Counted from the stretch's first letter, positions 52,989 to 60,845 are shown. The stretch: 64,000 nt of DNA from an uncultured bacterium (GCA_965541615.1 CBEUCJ010000001.1:3754-67753); one strand, 5' to 3'. Program-made: numbers and translations. The notes: generated from the letters alone by a model not told the origin.

Positions 52989-53025
52989 TTAAAATTAAAA
53001 AATACTCTTGCAGAATAATTCAAAA

Positions 53026-53034
53026 TGTTATAAT
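53026..53034 (+). promoter_or_regulatory. Extended -10 promoter (TGtTATAAT) for the A24 peptidase-rSAM pair
   Basis: TGTTATAAT 21 nt upstream of ATG 53056. Confidence 0.5.
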
Positions 53035-53055
53035 AAAATATCATCTTCATCTTGA

Positions 53056-53919
53056 ATGCTGTGGTTTTACATTTTAATCATTTTTACAGGCATTTTAACT
53101 ACAATCACAGATATAACCGAGCATAAAATAAAGAATAAACATCTTCTTTTTATAAGTCTTGTAGGAATCTTTTTATATATTATACTCTTCATAAAAAAGG
53201 AATTAAAGTTTTCCCTCAATATGTTACTCAATCCATTTGTAAGTTTAATCATTGGATTTATTCTTTACAAAAATAACTTGTGGCGTGCAGGTGATGGAAA
53301 ATTATTTTTTATTTACTCTCTGCTCTTACCTTTAAACAAGTATTCCTCAATACTTCCTTTTTCTTGTTTTACTTTATTTTTAAACACCTTCTTAATAGCT
53401 TTTTTATTTATATTACCAAGTGTTATTAAAAATTTTTTAAAAAACAAAGAAATTTTTAAAAAATTAATCTCCAAAAAAACTTTTTTATATTTTGGAAGAA
53501 TCTTTTTAATAACCTTTTGCCTTTCTTGGATGATAAGACCTCTCTTATATAAACTCCATTTAGAAAAAAATATTTTTTTTAATTTTATTCTCTTGTATAC
53601 AGGATACTCTTTTATTCGTTCTTCTTTTAAGAAAATTAAAAATAAATTTATTAGTTTTTACATCATACTTATAGCTTTAATCTTAAGATACCTTCTTTTC
53701 CCAGAGAGTCTTTCTATTACAAGCATAATAAATTATTTAAAATATTTATTTTCTTACTCTTTGATCATTTATCTTTTAAAGGATAAATCCATTTTAGACA
53801 AAACTTTTCAAAAAAGAGTCCCTTTTGCACCTTTTATGTTCATAGGTGCTTTACTTACTAATACAGATTTTTTGAAATGGGTCTTAAAAACTTTAGCTTA
53901 CCTGAAACGGTTAATTTAA
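53056..53919 (+). CDS. A24-family prepilin/preflagellin-type aspartic peptidase
   Basis: Polytopic membrane protein. First Asp in TDITEHKIKN, second in WRAGDGKL (GxGD-type); C-terminal RVPFAPFMFIG. No N-terminal Zn/methylase domain. Confidence 0.82.
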   Translation: MLWFYILIIFTGILTTITDITEHKIKNKHLLFISLVGIFLYIILFIKKELKFSLNMLLNPFVSLIIGFILYKNNLWRAGDGKLFFIYSLLLPLNKYSSILPFSCFTLFLNTFLIAFLFILPSVIKNFLKNKEIFKKLISKKTFLYFGRIFLITFCLSWMIRPLLYKLHLEKNIFFNFILLYTGYSFIRSSFKKIKNKFISFYIILIALILRYLLFPESLSITSIINYLKYLFSYSLIIYLLKDKSILDKTFQKRVPFAPFMFIGALLTNTDFLKWVLKTLAYLKRLI

Positions 53920-55205
53920 ATAAGATTCTAATTTCTATAGAAAATTACATAGGAAAAGTTAAAAAAGAAGATTTTATTATACACATTCACATAGATGAAA
54001 AGAAAATTACTCTATCAGCAATAAAACTATTATATCTACTCTTAAACAATTATGAAGATAATTATTTTATTATCATTAAAAACCTTCCTTACTGTCTTAT
54101 GCCAGATGCTTTAGAACACATTGTTTACGAAAAGATTCCGAAGAATAAATATCATTATGATGAAATTTGTGAAAAATGTTACTTAAAGAACATTTGTCCT
54201 GGATGGAATGAATCTTTAAACATTGAGAGGAATAAAGTAAACTTACCTAAAGACATTCCTAAAGAAATAGTGATGGAAATAACTACTAAATGTAATCTTA
54301 ATTGTAGGTGTTGTAATTTAGATAAAAGCAACCCTATAAATGCTGAATTTAAAATAGTAAAAAATATAATAGATGAGTGCAAAACTTTAGGAATAAGAGC
54401 TGTAAGATTTACAGGAGGAGAACCTTTATTAAATCCTGATTTAGAAAAGATGCTCTCTTATGCAAAAAGAAATGGATTTTATGTATTACTCAATACTAAT
54501 GCTACTCTTTTAAATTCTCATCTATTAAAGATTTTAGAAAAAAATGTAGATAATGTCCTAATTTCTTTGCAAGGTTACAATCAAACTTCAGAAAGAAGAT
54601 TAACAAATTCTCACATAGATTTCAACAAAAAGCTTACTAACGTAATTAAATTGAATTTTAGAATCCCTATAGTAAGAATTGGTAGTGTAATATCTAAAAC
54701 TTTAATTGAAAATTTTAATAGATATTATTATCTATTAAAAAAGATTGGGATAAAACATTGGGAATTATACAGGCCTATTCTCAAAGATGATGAAGAATTT
54801 GAAATATCTAAAAAGGATTTGATAAAAATCATGTGTCTCTTAATTGAAATAAAAAAAACAGGAATGAAAACAAAAATTGCAAATCCTCTTCCTTTCTGTA
54901 TAGTAAAAAACAAAAAAATTTCTTTAATGAGCCTTTTGGGAGGAATAGCTGATGATGGACACTCAAGAATTGTGTGGGATGCAAAAGGATATTTTAAGCC
55001 AAGTTATTTTATAAATGTGTATTTAGGAAAAACTATTGAGGAATCTTGGCAGGCTCCTTTTTTAAAAAAGTTAAGATCCTTAGACTATCTACCTCAAAAA
55101 TGTAAAGAGTGTTATTATTTGAAATGGTGTAAAGGTGGAAGTAGAGCTTTAGCAAAAATTTTCAATAAGAATTATTTTTCTTCTGATCCTCTTTTTAAAA
55201 CTTAA
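53877..55205 (+). CDS. Radical SAM/SPASM protein with extra N-terminal Cys-rich domain
   Basis: N-terminal NLPYC...CEKCYLKNICPG; core CNLNCRCC, FTGGEPLL; C-terminal CKECYYLKWCKGGSR. Confidence 0.88.
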   Translation: MGLKNFSLPETVNLNKILISIENYIGKVKKEDFIIHIHIDEKKITLSAIKLLYLLLNNYEDNYFIIIKNLPYCLMPDALEHIVYEKIPKNKYHYDEICEKCYLKNICPGWNESLNIERNKVNLPKDIPKEIVMEITTKCNLNCRCCNLDKSNPINAEFKIVKNIIDECKTLGIRAVRFTGGEPLLNPDLEKMLSYAKRNGFYVLLNTNATLLNSHLLKILEKNVDNVLISLQGYNQTSERRLTNSHIDFNKKLTNVIKLNFRIPIVRIGSVISKTLIENFNRYYYLLKKIGIKHWELYRPILKDDEEFEISKKDLIKIMCLLIEIKKTGMKTKIANPLPFCIVKNKKISLMSLLGGIADDGHSRIVWDAKGYFKPSYFINVYLGKTIEESWQAPFLKKLRSLDYLPQKCKECYYLKWCKGGSRALAKIFNKNYFSSDPLFKT

Positions 55206-55207
55206 TC

Positions 55208-55993
55208 TTACCAAATTTCTCCAAGAGTCTTTATATAAGAATTTAAACAAGCTTTCTTAATCTTTGAATTTTCTATAAGCTCACAAAGATTCTTATCTTT
55301 TTCTTTTCTTGAAAGATTAAAAATAGCTATATCTCTTGTTATTTTTTCTATCTTTTCTTTTGGATCTGAAGAAAATATTATCTCACAGGCAAACTGCTTA
55401 CATAAAGGAAGTTCTTCTCCTTTCAAATATCTTTCACAAGCTAAACAACTATATTTTTTAAAACCCCAAAATACAGCTATCATTTCTATAATATCATACC
55501 TATCTACACCGCTATTCTCAAAAGGAGAAAAAGAAATTGCTTTCAAAACTAAATCTGCATCACCATTAAAAACTCCTTCACAAAAAATTTTCTCCCAACC
55601 ACTTAAAATACTACAATTACCATTCTTAAAAGCAATGCAAACTTTTTCTGGATCCTTAAAAACTTCTTCATTTTCTTCAACAAAATCTCTGCATCTTCCT
55701 TCCCCTAAGTACCTCATAGATAACATACCATTCGCTGAGCTTCTACAATCTTCTGTCTCACATACATTTAAATCATCTTCTCTTACAGCAATATATTTTT
55801 GAAAGCACTCATAATATTTACTATTCTTTATAAATTCCATCTCTTTCTTTATTTTCTCTTCTATATCTTCTTTTTCTTCAGTTTTTTCTACAGAAAGTTT
55901 TTTAGGTAAAAAAATTACAACTTTTTTTTGCTGAGAAAAAGTCAATTGGAATATAAAAATAAAGGAAAAAACAAACAAGATTTTCTTCAACAT
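55208..55993 (-). CDS. Exported Cys-rich hypothetical protein
   Basis: Signal-like MLKKILFVFSFIFIFQLTFSQQ (start at the second Met, 55993); 13 Cys including CELIENSKIKKAC. Confidence 0.7.
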   Translation of the reverse strand: MLKKILFVFSFIFIFQLTFSQQKKVVIFLPKKLSVEKTEEKEDIEEKIKKEMEFIKNSKYYECFQKYIAVREDDLNVCETEDCRSSANGMLSMRYLGEGRCRDFVEENEEVFKDPEKVCIAFKNGNCSILSGWEKIFCEGVFNGDADLVLKAISFSPFENSGVDRYDIIEMIAVFWGFKKYSCLACERYLKGEELPLCKQFACEIIFSSDPKEKIEKITRDIAIFNLSRKEKDKNLCELIENSKIKKACLNSYIKTLGEIW

Positions 55994-56006
55994 TGATTTT
56001 AAAAAT

Positions 56007-56300
56007 TTAATAAGAAGCATGATTAGTATGAATAGAAGAATTTGTATGTGTAAAATGCACTTTTACGCAACAACCAGATGCAGAAGTACTACATTGAGGA
56101 GAGCAAACATTTTTATGACTTGAGTGCGAAGTATGACCTGCAAAAGAATGAGTTAAAGAACTCATTATTCCTAATGCAGAAATCGTTCCCAAACCTATTT
56201 TTAAAATATTTTCTTTAGAAACAAAACCTTTCTCATCTTTTATAAAATCTTTAATGTCTTTTTTAAGATTATTAAATTTATTTTTTTTACTTTTTTTCAT
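56007..56300 (-). CDS. hxsA: His-Xaa-Ser repeat precursor peptide (HxsA-like) with prepilin-like leader
   Basis: HTS-HSS-HKN...HFT-HTN-SSI-HTN-HAS-Y; directly downstream of hxsB; strong SD GGAGGTGA at 56305-56312; leader ends DEKG|FVSKE. Confidence 0.8.
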   Translation of the reverse strand: MKKSKKNKFNNLKKDIKDFIKDEKGFVSKENILKIGLGTISALGIMSSLTHSFAGHTSHSSHKNVCSPQCSTSASGCCVKVHFTHTNSSIHTNHASY

Positions 56301-56304
56301 TTTT

Positions 56305-57690
56305 TCACCTCCTTCTTATCCATGATTTAAATATTTTAACATTTTCTTCGTCTTCTAAAATTTTTTCAAAAATACACCTAAATTGGTAATTATAAATTTT
56401 GTAAATAAAAGAACACCAAATTTTAGGAACAAAATTTCTCTGTGTATAATAGTTTAACACAGGACACGTTCCTATCCAAGGCAAAAATGCAGAATTATAA
56501 TCCCACATGTTTACTACAGAAGTATACAAAAGATAAAGGAGCCTTTCTTTTTTAATTATATCCTCATAATTTTCTTTTAAAATATTTCCTAACTTAAATG
56601 TATCTTCATCTACCATCCTTGCTTCATCACAGGGAAAACAACTCCCATCAGGCATATAAGTTATCACATTTCTTCCTGCTCCACATGGATTCATCAAATC
56701 TACATACCCAGCATCCATTTTATTAAAAACTTTCTCTAAAATTACTCTTGCTATTCTTTCTTTTATATAAATCCCTTTTTTATTCAATTCCAAAATGTAA
56801 TCTAATGATTTTTTATAAAACTCACCAAACTCTTCAGCAGTGTATCCTAAATTCAACCAATTTCTGCATGCTACTCCTAATCTATTTACAGGTCTAAGAG
56901 AAATCTCCTCTTGCCCCCATCTTACATATTCATCTATTATCTCCTTATAATACTTTAAAGAATGTTTAGTAATTGTAGGTAATAAATGCACTTTCATCTT
57001 AAATTTCTTTCTAATTTTCTCAATCTTTTTTGCCACAATATCATAACTTCCTTTCCCATTTTTAAATATTCTATTTTTATCATGAAGAAACTTAGGACCA
57101 TCTAAAGAAGTACATATTTCAACATTAAATTTTTTTAAAAATTCCATTTTCTCTTCTGTAAGTAGTGTTAGGTTACTTACTAAAGCGATCCTTAAATTTA
57201 CCTCTTTTCTTTGAAACTTCTTAGCATTTTCTACTAAAAAAGAAACTATCTCCCAGTTAAGTAAAGGTTCTCCTCCTTGAAATTCTAAAGTTACATACGG
57301 ATTTCTCACATCAAAAATGAATTTTAAAACTCGTGTTGCAACCTCATAATTCATATTCTCTTTTTTAAAAGACCTTGTTTGACAGTATCTGCAACTTAAA
57401 TTACAAGCTGTGGTTACTACTGCAATATGAAGAGAAGTATCACTAAAAAGATGCCCATTCAGATTTCTATATTCATTAATCAAATTTTTCAAATTATTCT
57501 CATCTACAATTAAACCTTTTTCATATAATCTTTTAAATAAGGGAGTATTTTCTTTGACTTTTAATGAATTTAATTCTTTAAATTCTTCTTTTGTTAAAAA
57601 ATCCCAACCTCCTAAAAAATTGGATACAAGATATCTATCCTTAATAATAGTTGAATTAAAAGGTAAAATTGCAAATCTTCTATTCTCCAT
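56305..57690 (-). CDS. hxsB: His-Xaa-Ser system radical SAM maturase HxsB
   Basis: LPFN...YLVSN..G, SLHIAVVTTACNLSCRYCQ, EFQGGEPLLNW, TSLDGPKFLHDKNR, YVDLMNPCGAG, YMPDGSCFPCDEARM, GTCPV. Confidence 0.9.
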   Translation of the reverse strand: MENRRFAILPFNSTIIKDRYLVSNFLGGWDFLTKEEFKELNSLKVKENTPLFKRLYEKGLIVDENNLKNLINEYRNLNGHLFSDTSLHIAVVTTACNLSCRYCQTRSFKKENMNYEVATRVLKFIFDVRNPYVTLEFQGGEPLLNWEIVSFLVENAKKFQRKEVNLRIALVSNLTLLTEEKMEFLKKFNVEICTSLDGPKFLHDKNRIFKNGKGSYDIVAKKIEKIRKKFKMKVHLLPTITKHSLKYYKEIIDEYVRWGQEEISLRPVNRLGVACRNWLNLGYTAEEFGEFYKKSLDYILELNKKGIYIKERIARVILEKVFNKMDAGYVDLMNPCGAGRNVITYMPDGSCFPCDEARMVDEDTFKLGNILKENYEDIIKKERLLYLLYTSVVNMWDYNSAFLPWIGTCPVLNYYTQRNFVPKIWCSFIYKIYNYQFRCIFEKILEDEENVKIFKSWIRRR

Positions 57691-57694
57691 AACT

Positions 57695-58097
57695 TTAATT
57701 TATCACAGGTTTAAACTCATCTATTCCATCAATATCATGCAAAGCAGGAGCAAATTCATTCATTCCTGCTAACAGTATTTTTTGCAAAAATCGAGTGAAG
57801 AAAACATCCTTCCATTAGTTTGAATCTGTATGAGAAGATAACCTAACTTTTTAGCAAATCTAACTATTTCAAAAACATCTTTTCTAATAGTCACTTCTCC
57901 TTCTGTAAATACTACTTCTCTGCACCTTTTAAATAAGCTTCTTCTAATTCTTGTTTTATTTCTTGCGTTGTCTTATCAGGATATATACGTTTATCTGCAA
58001 CTACACAAAATTTACAATCATTTATACAAGAATGACCTACAAAGAGGACTAATCTTTTAACTTGAGGGGGGATTTTATAAAGAAGTTTTTGTTTCAC
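57695..58097 (-). pseudogene. hxsC: HxsC-like radical SAM pseudogene
   Basis: CINDCKFC...KTTQEIK, then frameshift near 57920 into VVFTEGEVTIRKD...IQTNGRMFS, second frameshift at the A6 run 57778-57783 into ILLAGMNEFAPALH, then directly GIDEFKPVIN-stop. Only ~134 codons. Confidence 0.8.
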
Positions 58098-58344
58098 TCC
58101 TCAAAAGGTAAATTAAATAATTTAAAAAATCAAAACAATTTTGTAGATTAAACTTATTCAATTTTAAAAAATAATATTTATTTTTTTCTTTAATAGAAAG
58201 AATAAACTCTGCATTCTCTTTTTGTAATCTTTCAAGTATCTCTTTTGAATAAAGATCTCTATGCAATTTTAAAAAAATATTGTTTCTGTTTATTTTTAAA
58301 AAAGGCAAGTTACTTTTTTGCAGATTTCTTTTCCTCTTCTTCAA
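58075..58344 (-). CDS. Small HxsD-like protein
   Basis: LKLHRDLYSKEIL...YYFLKL...FDFLNYLI resembles the HxsD fold pattern; operon position. Confidence 0.6.
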   Translation of the reverse strand: MKKRKRNLQKSNLPFLKINRNNIFLKLHRDLYSKEILERLQKENAEFILSIKEKNKYYFLKLNKFNLQNCFDFLNYLIYLLRSETKTSL

Positions 58345-58705
58345 GTTCTTTAATCAACTCTTCTATTTCTCTTTCTTCAGCTTCTTGCACCAAAGAAGGA
58401 GCAGCTGAAAATAAAGCTCTTTGTAGTAAAGTCTTAACTACCTCACCATTAACTTTAAGACTTTCAAAATAATGGGCGTAGTTAATTAATTCATTATAAA
58501 ATTCCATTCCTAATTTATCTAAATTTTCTTTTTTGTCTTTAGGAAACAGCCAAATTTCTACAGTTTTATTCTTTTTTTTATCCAAATAAATATACGCTCT
58601 ATCTAAAAATACATAACTAGCAGAATATACAGTTGAAAGAGGATAAACATCTAAATCTGTAGTCAATCTTACCCAATTTTTCCCTTTTTTTATAACCTTC
58701 TCCAT
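58310..58705 (-). CDS. hxsD: His-Xaa-Ser system protein HxsD
   Basis: DVYPLSTVYSASYVFLDRAYIYLD...EFYNELINY...LLQRALFSA. Confidence 0.8.
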   Translation of the reverse strand: MEKVIKKGKNWVRLTTDLDVYPLSTVYSASYVFLDRAYIYLDKKKNKTVEIWLFPKDKKENLDKLGMEFYNELINYAHYFESLKVNGEVVKTLLQRALFSAAPSLVQEAEEREIEELIKELEEEEKKSAKK

Positions 58706-59158
58706 CTAATCCCAACAATTGCAGAACCAAATTTCTTTAACTTTCAAGACTCCAGGATTACCAGTTGATGTTGTTACTCTAGTGTGATTACTTTTTAATA
58801 CTGTTTTTCCTCCAGTGTAAAGATAGATATCTTTACCTCCATATGTAAAGATCGTAAAATCATCTCCATCTCCATAAGTAGGCGAATTTCTATTCCACAT
58901 TATTCCTGCAATATAATTACCACTAGCATCAGCTGCTCCTACACTTGGACCTTTTGAAATTCTTAAGTAATGGTAAGAACTTCCCTCAAAATTTAATTGC
59001 AAATATTTCATTCTTGTAATATAGCTTTCTAACTCTTTATATACTCCGTAAGGAGCAGGATAATAAGTAGTAATTGTGATCTTCTCTTGAGAATAAACTA
59101 CTATACTTCCACACAATAATACAACACTTATCCCTAAAATAATTATTTTTCTTATCAT
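58706..59158 (-). CDS. Exported hypothetical protein with ITITTYYPAPYG motif
   Basis: Signal peptide ending VYS-QE; beta-rich Gly/Thr/Tyr body; C-terminal WFCNCWD; abuts hxsD. Confidence 0.7.
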   Translation of the reverse strand: MIRKIIILGISVVLLCGSIVVYSQEKITITTYYPAPYGVYKELESYITRMKYLQLNFEGSSYHYLRISKGPSVGAADASGNYIAGIMWNRNSPTYGDGDDFTIFTYGGKDIYLYTGGKTVLKSNHTRVTTSTGNPGVLKVKEIWFCNCWD

Positions 59159-59166
59159 TATTTCAT

Positions 59167-59195
59167 ATTATCTCTCTCAAAGTAGATAATGTCAA
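59167..59195 (-). promoter_or_regulatory. Sigma70 promoter of the Hxs core operon
   Basis: Minus strand TTGACA(59195-59190)-17-GATAAT(59172-59167), 8 nt before ATG 59158. Confidence 0.6.
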
Positions 59196-59262
59196 TAATA
59201 TTATTTTATTAAAACTTGATCTAACTTCTATTGCGCTTAGAATAAAATTTATAAAAACTTTT

Positions 59263-59988
59263 ATGAAGTTTACATTTATAAGAGACGACGATGTTTATAA
59301 AGATAGCTTAAAATTTAGGTATATCTTTTTTTTCTTAAAAAAAATCAAAATACCTACTATATATGGAGTAATACCTCAAAAAGTAGAAAAAAAACTAGTC
59401 GAATTCCTAAAAAAAGAAAAAAAGAAAGACCCAAATTTAATAGATATAGTTCAACATGGATGGAAGCATAAAAATTACAGTAAAGACATTAATAACAAAT
59501 ATGAATTTGGACCTACACGTTCATATATCCAGCAAAAAAAAGATATTCTAAAAGGCTATAAAAAAATGCAAAAATTATTCGGAGAATATTTTACTCCTGC
59601 TTTTGTACCTCCTTATCATGGATACAATTCAACTACTTTAAATATTATCGAAGAACTCAAAATCCCTTTATTTTCTGGAGAGAAAATAAATACAAGAAAA
59701 AATTTTTTAAATTTACCTATTAAAATTTCCTTAAATGACTATAGTGATAAAAAAATGAAGATTTTGGATCCAAAAATTTCAATAAAAAAATTTTTATTTT
59801 ATTTAAATTCAAATAGTGAAAAGACCATAGGAATTGTATTCCACCACTCTGGAATACTCTCCAAAAATGATCTTAATAATTTCAAAATCTTCTGTTTTTT
59901 TCTAAAAAAATTAGAAAAAGAAAAAAAGATAAAGTTTATCCTTTTTTCTTCTCTTTTGAAAAGAAAATTTTCAAATTTTTCAAGTTAA
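59263..59988 (+). CDS. Polysaccharide deacetylase (CE4/NodB-like, DUF2334-type)
   Basis: FIRDDDV, VQHGWKH, EFG, FVPPYH, GIVFHH. Confidence 0.82.
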   Translation: MKFTFIRDDDVYKDSLKFRYIFFFLKKIKIPTIYGVIPQKVEKKLVEFLKKEKKKDPNLIDIVQHGWKHKNYSKDINNKYEFGPTRSYIQQKKDILKGYKKMQKLFGEYFTPAFVPPYHGYNSTTLNIIEELKIPLFSGEKINTRKNFLNLPIKISLNDYSDKKMKILDPKISIKKFLFYLNSNSEKTIGIVFHHSGILSKNDLNNFKIFCFFLKKLEKEKKIKFILFSSLLKRKFSNFSS

Positions 59989-60403
59989 CTTTCTTTTTCT
60001 TAAAATGCTCAACACATCTATCGAAATTAAATAAAATTTCCTTTCCTAAAGTATGCTTCTCATCGTCCTGATGGTATAAAGCGAACGCTAAGTCGAACCA
60101 ATTATCTAAATTTTGAGGATTTCTATTTATTGCTTTTAGAAAATATTTCTCTGCTTGTGAGAATTCTTCTGCAAAATAATAAAGATATCCAGCTAAACAA
60201 TAGGCAAACTCATCTTTATTCTTTTTTACCCATTTTCAAATTTTAGATCTCAACAAAGATAATAATTTAGGATTATCAAATATTTTTTCTGCTAATGTAT
60301 TGAAAATTACATCCTTGCGAGTACATCTATCTTCTAATTTATTCGTTGGATGCAAAGGAAGAATATTGGTATATTTTAAAAATTCTAATTTGACTTTATT
60401 CAT
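59936..60403 (-). pseudogene. TPR-containing gene interrupted by an in-frame TGA
   Basis: ATG 60403 MNKVKLEF...RSKI, TGA (60236-60238), then same frame KWVKK...AYCLAGYLYYFAEEFSQAEKYFLKAINRNPQNLDNWFDLAFALY...TAA 59936. Confidence 0.7.
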
Positions 60404-60424
60404 CAAAAATATTTTATTAAAAAT

Positions 60425-60452
60425 TTGACTTTTTGGAAAGAATTGTTAAAAT
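60425..60452 (+). promoter_or_regulatory. Sigma70 promoter of the rpmH operon
   Basis: TTGACT-16-TAAAAT with extended TG, 9 nt before the rpmH ATG. Confidence 0.6.
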
Positions 60453-60461
60453 CAGAGAGCT

Positions 60462-60602
60462 ATGAAAAAGAGGTTAACTACTCCTACAAAATTAAAAGGA
60501 AAAAGGACTCATGGGTTTTTAAAAAGAATGAGCACAAGAGCTGGTAGAAAAGTTTTGAAAAGAAGAAGGAAAAAGGGACGCTGGAGACTTGTACCTGTAT
60601 AG
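60462..60602 (+). CDS. rpmH: 50S ribosomal protein L34
   Basis: Manual translation [46 protein letters not shown] (46 aa, below the ORF-track cutoff). Confidence 0.95.
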   Translation: MKKRLTTPTKLKGKRTHGFLKRMSTRAGRKVLKRRRKKGRWRLVPV

Positions 60603-60816
60603 AAGATTTTTACTTTTTTTAATATTTTTAATAGAATCTTTTAAAAAAATAAAAAGTTTCTTATTTCCATCTACTTGTAAATATATTCCTTCCTGTTCAG
60701 AATATTTGAAAATAGCTATAATAAAAAAGGGTATATTAAAAGGGTTTTTAAAGTTTCTTATAAGAATTTTGAAATGTAATCCTTTTTCAAAAGGTGGCTA
60801 CGATCCTGTAACTTAA
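60589..60816 (+). CDS. yidD: Membrane protein insertion efficiency factor YidD
   Basis: [10 protein letters not shown]...[16 protein letters not shown]. Confidence 0.92.
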   Translation: MYLYRRFLLFLIFLIESFKKIKSFLFPSTCKYIPSCSEYLKIAIIKKGILKGFLKFLIRILKCNPFSKGGYDPVT

Positions 60817-60838
60817 AGTTTTCACGTGAAAACTTTAA
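60813..60838. other. parS-like centromere site (26-bp perfect palindrome)
   Basis: TTAAAGTTTTCACGTGAAAACTTTAA; core resembles the parS consensus TGTTTCACGTGAAACA; near parAB. Confidence 0.8.
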
Positions 60839-60845
60839 TAATAAA

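Noticed and set aside
57695-58097. Programmed frameshifting to rescue hxsC
   Set aside because: It would need two shifts and still leave a product lacking over half the barrel, with a mutated GGE motif.
60236-60238. Selenocysteine or alternative genetic code at the in-frame TGA
   Set aside because: TGA terminates many genes here (hxsB, parB, mnmE), the context is not redox-like, and no SECIS-like hairpin is evident.
35962-60424. Attachment sites or mobility genes bounding the island
   Set aside because: Only a trivial AT-rich 8-mer (CAAAAATA) is shared by the ends; no integrase, transposase or tRNA was seen.
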